From Takakia lepidozioides (taxonomy: Eukaryota > Plantae > Bryophyta), in the NCBI GenBank assembly GCA_030704615.1, contig CM060734.1, forward strand, positions 5,084,001 to 5,148,000: DNA of 64,000 bases. The letters run 5' to 3'. The translations under genes were made by a program, and so were the position numbers. The number at the start of each line of letters is the position of its first letter. Within the stretch, counting starts at the first letter, position 1. The notes below the pieces were generated by a model, which was not told the DNA's origin, did no database searches, and worked only from the letters and a program-made list of their open reading frames with translations. Shown piece by piece: positions 53,030-64,000 of this stretch.

Positions 53030-56000
53030 TCAGAAAAGAGAAGTAGCACTCCCAGAGCAACACCTCAGGGCTTCATCAAGCTCTCGCTCATCTGCACAAT
53101 TGTAACCCAGCCAGTATGCTCGTGCTGCCCACCCCACACATACATGCCCAGCACCACCTGTGACTGCTTCTTGGACTCCAGTAAGGATATTTCAGCGACA
53201 AACAATCTTTCATCCCCTCTTCTCTCAAATCTGGCAATGATGCCACTGCATGACTCCACAGATAAACATACAGATGTGTTATCGAACCCATCCCCAAGAC
53301 TTCGCTTTTCCCATTAATTTTACGAGCTAAACCTATAAAAGTCACTGGCTGAAAACCAAAAGAATGCTGGTAAAGACAGCTCAAAACATAGCTCATACCA
53401 AGACAACCTGAGCCCAGAAAAGGCTCTCCCTCCTCAGCTGCTGCATTTGCATCTGCCTGCTGCTGCCCCTGCTACACAACAATAATAATTTTAATGATCG
53501 AAATCAATAGAATGGGAATGCCCAAAAAGATGTGAAGTGTAGACAGATGACCAAAAGTGCCCCATACTTTCAGAACCCTCCACAGAAAGTGAAACCACTT
53601 ACAGGCTCTGATTCAAGTTCTTCTGCAGGAGTGAGCCACCGATCGAAGCAGCGTCCAGATACAGTACACACCAGGAGCTCATTGGATGGATCCAATACAA
53701 TTTCCCGACACGTATCATCACAGACTGCATGCATCAAAGGCAAGCAAGAAACTAATGACTGGCCCGATAGTTAGTGCCGACAAAGACCTTTGAAGATTTT
53801 TAGGTTAAAGGTATAAATCCACCGTCAACACCCGTAGACTCCACAAAGTTACTTGTTTAAATAATGCAGGAAGACCAGCACTAGTGACGGATTAGTTTAT
53901 ATTGATTTCCTCATAGACCCTCGTCTACAGTGCACAATACCGTCATAAATCAATTTGTTCTTCACCAAACCGAATTGAGCTCAATTTAGCTGGACATTTC
54001 AGACCCAAGCATTTTAGGCTCATTACTTATGACATCAGGCTACAGCAACTACGTAACCAAGCTGACATGCAAATGCTCTTGTAAACCATGCACAAAGGTC
54101 GAGTATTGGAGGTTGGCAAAGCCTGAGTATAGGTAGGAACAGTACTGTGGGCTCTGCCAGTCTTCTCGCACAAGAAAACATCACCAATCTGGTGGTAGGA
54201 ACAGGTTCTACCAGAGCACCAATGATCTCCAGCATATACTTCAGCCATGCTTTGGTTACGCCGCCATGCTGTCACTTGGTCTGCAACCGATGTATCCACC
54301 ACCACAAGATCATCATGTACCTGAGAACCACAAAATTCACAAACCATCAGGGTCTTTAGGTCTTTTGAAAAACTTCCAACAATGGCAGGCCCAAAGTACA
54401 GTATCATAACCTACCACACCCCGCTCATAAGAAAAAGATTAGTGTACAAAGCAGGGAACAGTTGGAAATCCTTTTCAAACCTTCCAGAATGAAATCCTTT
54501 TTAAACCTTCCAGAATGTTCCAGATATGAGCCAGAGATCACGAAAACTGATTCCAAAGGAAAAGCAGGTACAACAGCATTTGAGCACAGGATGGGACTTC
54601 AGACTGTATTTTCAATTTTACCAATAATTAGACATAATTAGAATTAATGAGCAATAAAGGTTTTTGTTCTCACATTCTGACCCTGATCTTATTGAACATA
54701 CAAACAATTCAGTAGTTTGGTGCCAGAGTGTACAGCATCCTGCACAATTATGTTGAATAAAGAGAGAATACGGTTCAATTCACTACCTGTGAAGGAAGAG
54801 GAGCCTGACTGCGCTTTGCAGCCTGCATCTGAATATAATATTCGCGAAACTCGCCAGGAGTGTTCCTCACAAATTCCATCATATCCGCCTGGTCGCGCTG
54901 CTCACACCAAACAATACTTAGCAGTCTTCTCTACTTTGACTCTTTCTATCCCCTCTTTACCCCATCCAAATGCAAGCATGAGAGGGACAGTGATGCAAGC
55001 CATGAAATTTTCTCCAAGGATTGGGATAAACAAGTGGGACAGAATGGAACAGACAAGGCTGATGCAGAGGCTAGATCCCTTCCCATCTTTGGAACTAGAC
55101 ACAGGGTAAACAACAAAAACATTTAAGCTACTTCCGTCCCTTTACACCTTAACAGAGTAACTGAACAAAACGTGCCCCACTGGAATGTTGGCAATACTGC
55201 GCAAGTCACAACATACTGAATAACAGCCTGTGTCCAGGCAATTGTGTGTCAACAACCACAGAAAGATATGTAGAAAAATGATTAACCAACCTCGAAGTAG
55301 AGCTTCTTCCATGCACTGCCCCGTGGATTTCCACAGCAATCAGTCCGCAAAGGAGGGCCCCATCGGAGACAGTATCTGAAAGTTTACCACGACCTGTAGG
55401 AGATGTCATTTGCTGGCTTCTGAATTAACCCAGAACTTTGACATGCATGAGCCCCTCGTATTAAAATCACCCATCAAGCTAGCATTAAGAATGAATGACC
55501 TTGGGCGGTAGCAGAAGCAGCCCAGATCAGAACCATAAATGCCATGATCACAGCCCTAGTCAACAAAACCAAGGGTACAAAATGTTATGGAAGGGCCTGC
55601 ACCAGAGGGCCTCATCAGATGCAGCCCTAGGAACCGGCACACACTTGAACATGTAGAAAGATCCTGCACAAAGATGCAATAGGCTTGCTTCGCTTTTTTA
55701 ACATAAACACTCCACACTTGCGTAGTAGAAAGTCAATCTCACAGTATCACACCAACCAGGTCACACAACCTCGAATCTATGGAAAGTTCATTACTTTGCC
55801 GGCGGAAAGCCAGATTTCGAGCACTGCCCTGCATGTTAGCCCAAGAAAACAGGCCTCCATTTCCACCTCTACAACAAGAGATTAGCAACAATTATCCATT
55901 CCCATTTTAGAAAAATGGGCGGACCTCTGAAGACAGGAACTTGAGAATATTCTGAAACAGCTCTGGTGGAACCTTCCCAAAATTGCCTGTCCGAATGCTG

Positions 56001-57446
56001 AACTGCAAGGCTGCTCCATCACTCCCAGGTGCTTCTTGAACATGTATTCGGACTTGCCGTCCTCCTCGACTCATCTGAAAAAGGTACAGATACACATCCC
56101 AGCAACACCTTAAAAGCATCCCAAAGGCAAACATGAAAAGTGCAGAAGCCATCTGCTCAGAAGAGACCTTTAAGGCACAGTAACATCACACTGAGGGAAT
56201 TTGTGGAAACCCTTTTAGACATGCCACAACCTCAAGCTATGCTCATGCACAGATTTGCCATTCAACACTCTACCAGGAGGTGCAGGAGAGAAGTACCAGT
56301 GGTAACCTGGCTGTGGGGCATCACTGCTCAGGCTCCAGGCGCGCACATCTGAGGGATTGCAGCGATGCCAGCTCATGGTCGCTCCATGGAAGCCAGGACT
56401 GGCATCCCGCACCATTTTAGTGGTGGTTAACGGTTGTGTATCTTCCGTACATTCATATCAAACCATCCAAGGACTACCACCAGGAGATGAGAGTGACAGT
56501 TTGTCGGTATTAGGTCCACAAACAGAAAGACTACCTCTACACATAAAGCTGACCTCCACATCCTATCACACAGCATGTGGACTTTACCACTCAGACGAAA
56601 ACTTTGTCTGAAACATCCATATGATACTTCAAAAGTGAACTCCACAACATGTGAAGCATGCAAGGTCGATATGCGGTACTCAGGTAGATGTATTTTATAA
56701 TGACATGTAAAGGTTGAAGCTCCCTACTGACGGCTTCATCTAAACCCTGGAAGTCATTGTTGACTCCATACGCTAGTGTGACGAAGTCCACCTGAGAAAA
56801 ATTTGTAAGGATCTTGATTAAAAGATGCAAACATCGAAGGGCCTATGTGCACGCCACCAAATACTAGGCCATGACTCACCGCCGCCTTCTGACAGCATTC
56901 TCTATATTTACACATGAAGAAGTTATACTAACACGAAGACTCTGTATCATTCCTCCTACAGCGGAAGAAACTGTGTGAGACTACGAGGTTGCCATCTCCT
57001 CCCATACCAGGGAAATATGCTCCGAAGATGAAAGCACATTCAGAAAGCCCACATGCATCAAATTACACTTCCACTCTCTGTTTCAAGAACCATCCCTTAC
57101 ATCAACTCCCTTTGCTTGTATGTTCAAATGAAATTCCACTATCGCGCTAATGCTTGTGAAAAATGCTTATTGAGGCAAGAAAAGGGCTATCCAATATCAC
57201 CATCGGTGGCAAGACGAAGAACGCAAAAGAAACAGAGTGGGTCATCATAAACACCTCCGCTGCATAAACCACATCAGAATGAGAAGGCGAGGAAGGCCTG
57301 GAACCATCGCTCAGAACTTCGGATTCAAGAAACTCCGCCAGCGTAGCGTCATCCTCATTCTCCTCCTCTTCTCCTCCATCATCAGCGGCAGGCATCGGGA
57401 GGGCCAACAGAGGAGGTTCCAAAGGAGCTTCATTCGGAAATTCCAT
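53030..57446 (-). pseudogene. SKIP31: F-box protein SKIP31-like, frameshifted in the F-box exon
   Basis: Approximate exons 57446-57255, 56074-55925, 55663-55597, 55375-55291, 54897-54787, 54320-54146, 53724-53602, 53471-53399, 53124-53030. Motifs LAEFLESEVLS, VPPELFQNILKFLSSEDL, YCLRWG, EYYIQMQAAKRSQAP, CEKTG..H.CDDTCRE, ARAYWLGYNC. Frame break at ~55626 and no GT donor after ALW.R. Confidence 0.85.
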
Positions 57447-59457
57447 AGCCAAGCCCTCTCTCTTCCACGGAATGTCAGAATCTCCAGCTCCAAACAAACC
57501 CTAGCGCAAATGCAACGCCGACCCTATGAAGAATACAAAGTCGTAAAAACCTGCTCTAGATTTTCCTTTGTGATTTTGAGGGCATTTTGAAGCAGAACTT
57601 CCCCAACCAGTAGGCGGGAGCACCAGTGGCATGGAACCGGTGGTCCCATTGGGGGCGGGAGTAGGGAATGGATATGGAATGCCGAAAGGGCCATAATTAC
57701 TTTCTAGCAACCCATGACCACTGGAAAGATGCCCATGACCACTGGAAAGATGCGGGTTGCCATTGGTTACCTGTGGGAGGACCGCGGTCTTGCATGACCA
57801 TATTTTATACCAAGTTCCAGTGACGACAAAGTTGGAACTGGTTTTAGCAGAGGCGAGAATAGGCTCTCTGTGTTCGGTTCGTCATCGTGGTGGTCATTTC
57901 GTTATGGCGCCAATTTCCGAGCTATGTATGTCAAATCCGCGCACTTGCATCATATGCGCGGCAGGTGTGTGGAATGGAGGGTTTGGGGATGTGCGAGCAA
58001 GTGATGCTGAAAGATGTGAAGGCGGACAGATTGATGGTTGTGCAATGGAGATGCGGCTTCTCAATGGCAGGGGAATTGGAGAAAGGTATGGACTCGTAAC
58101 TCTTTTTATGTAGCATTCAATTGGTTGCGGACGTCGGAGCGATCCAGGCTCCAAGAAACAAGATCACTGGATTCTGTCTGGCAAACACGGAAATCCCGCT
58201 TTGAAATCCAAGAAGTGAAGCATTTTTGAGCTCACTCTTTTATGTCGGTCCCTTTTGTGATGGCACTGAAGGGAGAGAGAATGTACTCATAAGACGCTGT
58301 TCGTCGTAGCCTTGGGGCCATTGACCCGCGCCCACTTTGAGCGGAACACAAAGGGACAGAAACTACCTTCGTCAGGGTCTGACGCCGGTAGTATGACTTA
58401 CCTTGGAACAGACAATTGATCTGAGTTTTCCATATATCCTCTAGAAATCCCTTTACACAAGCATCAATCAGCTTTGTGTGATTTGCCCCACTGAAGAGAG
58501 AGTGAGAGAGAGAGAGAGAGCCTAGACCAACATTTCTTGTTAGGTCACGCAATTATGAGACGCCAAACACTTATGTTTAATGTGTTTGCATGTAGGCCAA
58601 GTCTCAAAGCGAACAAAAATCATTTGGATGGGCAACCATCCGTTGGCCCATAGTAGAGAGCTGTTGTGGCAGGGTCATACGTTAGATCCTTCGCAGTGGT
58701 GGGACAACTGGAATGATAAGGTGGCTGTGTCGATTTTCATCCGATTTGGGGAGGTTGGACATAAGAGGTTCATCAAAGCTTGGGCCTGGATTTCTTGGGT
58801 TTATTATCCATGGACGTTGTTGTGATGCTCAGCTTCTGTAGTGGTTGTGGATCAGGTGTGAATGCAACTTACCTTCTAGCAGTTATTTTTTTGAGTCACC
58901 ATGGAGGGGTTCTCAGGGGCACGTGGTCAGAGGGAGAATTTAGAAGTGCACTAAGTTGCACATTTGAGTATTTGGAGACCCCAAATTTTGATGCCTGCTG
59001 TCTATCAGTGTCTAACGGCAATCGTCCACCGTGCCTTTGATGCCCCTCCCAAAAAACCCCGCTCCCCCCTCAAGCTCACACAAGCCCAGGCTCATACTAC
59101 CCTCCCCCCAGACGTCCTTGCACTCCTTATATAATCATTCCAAATCACGCACTCTTACTACTCAAGCCCACTTACATGCCCCATGCTCCTCTCATCATAC
59201 TCCAGCTCGCACCCCCGCGACTGCCTATTTGGAGCCATTGGCTCTGCCTCCCAAAACACCTGGGCCGGCTGCGGTTATGCTCACCCGCCCCCCCAGGCTC
59301 TTCCACGCATGACGCATTGCTATGGGCCCGCCTTGCGGCCCAATCCTCCCCCTCTACTGCCACCATTCTGCTACTACCACACCAACAACTCCCTAATAAC
59401 CCGCACCCCCTTCTGCAGCTTCCCCCCGAGGTCATAGGAGCCATGTCACTACTGCTG

Positions 59458-59812
59458 CACACCTTTTTTGTAGATGATAAATTGCATCTAAAAATTGAGG
59501 AGATCCATGCTCAGCTGAGAAGATTGTCTCGGCAGATGGAGGAGGCAGGGTATGTACCTGACACTCGCTTTTGTTGCATGATGTGGAGGAGCAGCAAAAG
59601 GACCTGTCTCTTCGCCACCACAGTGGCCATTACTTTTGGGCTGATCAGCATAACACCTGGGACGCCTCTTCGTGTCGTCAAGAATCTTCGGGTGTGTGGT
59701 GACTGCCACACCGCCACCAGGTTCATCTCAAAGATTGTCCACCAAGCAAATTGTTTTACTGGGCACTAACCACTTTCACCACTTTGAAGATGGGTTTGTT
59801 CTTGTGGGATTA
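59458..59812 (+). pseudogene. PPR E+/DYW deaminase domain fragment
   Basis: HTFFVDDK.H..IEEIHAQL..GYVPDT, (L)HDVEEQQK..L.HHS, AI.FGLIS..PGTPLRVVKNLRVCGDCH, FHHFEDG. Frameshifts present and EKL of HSEKLA deleted. No PPR motifs upstream. Confidence 0.92.
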
Positions 59813-60999
59813 AACGATCTATTTCTGGAAAGGTCCATGAATAAACCTCATAATTCCCCTCTCTCACCACTTATGAATCACATAGAGGCAGGTCCATAGA
59901 TAAATAAATGTCCTGAATTGATACCGGAGAGAAGATTTTTAAAAAACAATTCAATGCCCACCAATGCTGCCCAAAATCAGCAAGTGGATACACCCTATAG
60001 CACGGGTTATTTAAAACCACTTCTTTTTTACGAAAGGCACGACGCTACCCTAGTATAGGTGTACCATTGTCAGTCTGGCATATATGAGTATGAAGAGTTT
60101 CTAGATGAGGTACCTACCACGCTGGCATAACCGGATTAGTACCCCAAATTATTACTAGGTTAAGAACTTGGCTATACTATGTTGGTAACTGTTAATTTTG
60201 CCTACGTATTGAGATTTTGACCTAGTGTATTTAGGACCCACTGGTATCAACAGATTTTTTTCCCTGAGATAATTATAACCTGTTGGTTTCGAAAATATAC
60301 TTGCCGCCAATTCTAGCCATCAGCAGGTATATTGAAAATGCAATACCTCATATATGGTTAAAGTGAACCAATACACCCAACATTTAATCCTACAAACCAA
60401 ATTAAATTTTCCTCGCTTTATCTCTTAGAATTAAAGGGCCTTCCTCCCCTTTTTATTAAGAAAAAATAAAAAAATAGAATCATGAATAAACACTATGAAC
60501 ATATCATCCTAAAGAATGCAATTTGACCATATAAATATTGCTTGGATGTCTGAAGTTTTTCAATGACCTCAAAATTATCGTTGAGATAAGACATCTGTAA
60601 TTGCATCTTCGGAGGTAAGAAGTAAACAGACATGAAGTACAAATCAACTAGCTTCACAAGATGCCATTCTGCACACCAATAGTCACTTTGTTCAGTTAAA
60701 GTCAATGCACCTATCATAGTGAGAGATTCAGCGATGCTAGACTGTCGCAATTTTGTATATTTGTAAATATTTTATAAAGTTTTTATTCCCTTCCCTTCTC
60801 TCTCCACTTTTTGTCTGTTCCAATCATTTTATGATGTATATTTCGGAAACTTTTGCTATATTCTTTCTTCATTAATAAAAACTTAGTGAATTTATTTCCT
60901 TCACCCCTTCTAATAGCAATTATATCGGCTCTGATATATGCTATGTTAAAATCATAACATCTCTCTCCTCCTTTTAGCACTCAATTACTATTCGTCACT

Positions 61000-63900
61000 G
61001 GTAGTGCGGAGCATCGCGAAGCCCTAGTATTTATACAAATACCGAGTAATTTATATGGGAATTCCATACGTTCCAAGTGCAGGATATCAAGTTGAAAAGA
61101 GCAGGGCTGTGATAATTCAACGACCTCGAGGACAAGGAGGCGTGTTGAGAGAGAAAGAAAACATGAAAGAGTGCACCTCCACTATTTAAAGCTTGTGCGA
61201 CAAAGATTGTGATTATATGCGAGATTTATGTGTCAACGCCAGGAGAAAGAGATAGAGTTATTTGCATGTTACGAATCGAGGTTATTGAAAGAGAATCAAA
61301 CTTTTTTTCATTAGGTATTGTCTCTTTGTTAGCGTTTGAAGATTTGACAAGAGAGAGAGGGAGTCAGATTGCAGGTTTTCATTCCCTAAGCAGGCTTTGT
61401 GAAGGTAAGAGAAAAGTAGGGAAACAAACACGGACTAGGCGAGATGGGACAAGGCATGTGTGATTTCAATGCATTGTCGGGACCTCAACGTAAATTCTAG
61501 TAGTGTTAAGGGGAACATCACAAGGGACGTCAGGAATCATGGTAACCCGGAAGACTTGTGGGCCGCAAGGGGCCCAGTCACATTGTTCCCGAGGCTTTAC
61601 AAGCTCTCGTCTTCTCCAATACTCACCTCTTTCCGACAATTTTACCTGCAAACCTAAGCATCTAAGGGTAATTAGAGACGAAGAGTGTTCAAATTGGCCT
61701 GGAAGGTTTTCTTACAAGTACAAATCACCTCGTACTACAAGTTTCTCAGTATCTGACTTTGATAATCCTATATGTGAGAAGAAGAAAGCTTCGAGCGTGT
61801 CAAGTTATTTTACCACTAGTATGAAACTAGCTAGAAAATCGTTAGTTTTGATATATTGACATTTGGGATTGATCCAAGTGTCAATCCAGGGGCCAATACA
61901 TGTTTGGGCACCTGGCGTGGTTATCTTCACGGTGGGCTCATCTTTCTCGAGTTGAGCCTCACCGCGTCTAGCTATTGCGCCGTAGTGTGGATTCCCCATG
62001 GCGTGGGGTGCACTTGGCTCGACTTAATATATGAGTGATGTTTTCATGTGCAAGTGTGTGAGTTTGAGAGAGCTTGAGTGCTTGTATCCTTCTTCTGTTT
62101 ATCACTCGAGAAAGATGAGCTCGAGTCTGTGAATGCTAGTTCATATGGGGCCCACCCCTGAAAAGGGGCAGTAGCCGTAAGGCGAAGTGGCTCTTAGTTA
62201 CGTCGGCCTCGGCCGGAGTCTTCTCTCTGTGAGTGCCAGGTTCAAGTTAGTTGTAGCACTTGTGTTTTCAGATCATGAAAAGCGATTCAGCCTAGAGTGC
62301 AGGGATCCGTACATGAGCCTATCCAAAGCGGATAGAGTGTGAAGGCGAACAGGTTGCAGGTTTGCAATGGATAGAGAGGCAGTCAGTGTTGCATAGCTCA
62401 ACGCTATGGCAACTGAGTATGCGGTTCAGTGTGAAGCAGAGGAGATGCTGGCCACGAGTGGGCGAACTGTGGTCGTCTTCTTCAGCTGCAGGCCGAGTTG
62501 AGGAGCTGCAGAAATGTGGGCGGTGCGCGGGGAAGCTACTGCAGCACAACCCATCATTGCATCGCAGGGGGCAACGGTATGAGGGCCATTGGTTGCTGAC
62601 CTGAAAGCACTCGCTTTGGGGCCCATGAACTGCAGGTATGATCATGGCGTGGAAGAGTAGAAGACCAAGCGAGAGGGTTGGTTCTTCTTTTGTGCAAATC
62701 AGTGCACTTGTGAAGCATGTGCTTGAGTTGGAAGTTTCAATCTCAAACTCTAGCACTAGGGCTCTTGGAGTGGCAAGAGTGGGGCTGGAAGGGCAACAAC
62801 GAGGCGCCCTGGAGCCAAGAATATGCATGAGAGATGCAAGTGCACTAAGGTGGCAAAGGTGTGTATTTTTCAGCTTCATTTTGTGAGTTTCATGGAGCAA
62901 GAGAGTTTGTTGGAGAGCCAAGAGCTTGTTTGGTGAGTTGGGGGCGCCTCTGGCAGGCCGTGAGAGCCCAAGAGAGCATGGCAGCAGGTCTGGTGGCTTC
63001 GCAGAAGCCGTAGCTCGTCGGCAGCAGGTTCTGATTAGGCACCTGCCCAAACTCAGCCTGATCCTCAGAATCAGCATGTCCCTGCATCCCGTGTTTTCCA
63101 CGGTTCATTCACAATATATGTAGCTATGGCGGATATCACGGACTATACACTAGCTCTACTTCTTACGCAGTGGCGCAATAAAGGACAGGACGAAAGTACT
63201 TTCTCTCTCACTCACTGTTTGCAAGCCCCGTAGGCTTACACACACCTACCTGTTCCATTCTGCGCTAATCACACTTTCATGCTATACGCATTGCAAGCTT
63301 TCTTGCAATTATTCCAAACAAGGCCTTCTTGTTTGTCTGGGATTAAGCAAATTAGAGAAATGGAGGATCTACGAGTGAAGAGCACGACGATTTTACAGAG
63401 ATAAACAATCGCCACACCACAGGCAGTGCAGTTGTTGAAGGAGTTGCGATTGGAGGGACTATTGCGCAAAGAATGGTCTTTGCATCATCGGGATTTGATG
63501 ATCCAGTTCATCAAGAACTTTGAGCCAAGGACAGGAGTTACCCAGGTGAAGGGCGTAGATATACAAGTTACTCCGCAGTACTTGCAACAACTTTTTGATT
63601 TACCATCTGGTAATGTGAGCGTGGATGAGCACAGGGCAAGATTGCAAATAGGGGATCTTTTCCAAGAAAAGAGTTTTTTCATAAACCAAGGATTCACTTG
63701 CACCAAAGCTGAGTATCCAGGTTTGAGGGAAATTGGCCAGATATTAAACATTCTGTTTGCCATGAAACAGAACCAACAGTATCTTAGCATATCTTTTACG
63801 GAAGAGGTTTTGAAAGCTTTGAAGGGAGAAGATGTAGCTTGGGCAGAGATGATGCATAGTGGTCTGGTGGAGGAGATGAAACGACTGCAGACTACTGCTG

Positions 63901-64000
63901 CCAAGTCCACAATCATTGTGTTTGGCCCAATTATTGCACAGATTATCTTTGATTCTTGTCTGCTTGATGCGCAAGAACGCAAGGTAATGGGGGTGTTTGA
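61000..64000 (+). mobile_element. Second LTR-retroelement-like region (possible LTR, PBS-like site, decayed leader ORF, accessory ORF)
   Basis: CA-TA-TGGGGCCCACC at 62142-62156 is one mismatch from a tRNA-Lys PBS (TGGCGCCCACC). Downstream is a clear homolog of the accessory ORF. The left boundary is a guess. Confidence 0.5.
63126..64000 (+). pseudogene. Diverged second copy of the retroelement accessory ORF (runs off the window)
   Basis: Colinear with 18700-19574 from TGTAGCTATGGCGGATAT onward. Many third-position differences. Stops at 63231 (CAG>TAG) and 63402 (CAA>TAA). Confidence 0.95.

Noticed and set aside
60493-60980. AT-rich minus-strand ORFs as a transposase remnant
   Set aside because: No convincing motif by eye.
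62155-62190. Hammerhead ribozyme
   Set aside because: The CUGANGA and GAAA core is not matched (CUGAAAA, GAAG) and the geometry does not fit.
62319-63101. 260-aa minus-strand ORF as a gene
   Set aside because: Ser/Pro/Cys/Leu-rich composition typical of an antisense shadow of decayed plus-strand coding sequence.

Overview
Eukaryotic nuclear DNA from a land plant, most likely a non-seed plant such as a bryophyte or lycophyte (inferred from spliceosomal introns, a DYW-PPR remnant and an atypical Old Yellow Enzyme). 1-16.85 kb is two abutting, mutually related kilobase-unit tandem arrays (~1.95 kb x ~5.5 and ~2.3 kb x ~2.6). 17.15-24.2 kb is a 5'-truncated Ty3/Gypsy element. Its integrase runs in frame into a very long accessory region: CCHC knuckle, plant-transposon-like domain, coiled coil and an unrecognised C-terminal domain. 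A PPT and 3' LTR follow. 25-27 kb is a composite non-autonomous Helitron with stacked termini. 30-57.5 kb is a gene island: EF-hand lysophospholipid acyltransferase (LPEAT2-like), intronless gamma-SNAP head-to-head with POD1/TAPT1 (with an AT-AC U12 intron), a disabled OYE/OPR-family gene, a deleted L1-type LINE and a frameshifted SKIP31-like F-box gene. The right end has a DYW fragment and a second, diverged copy of the retroelement accessory ORF with a different upstream partner and a compact structured-RNA-like element. Exon models and alignments were read by eye; no database search was run.
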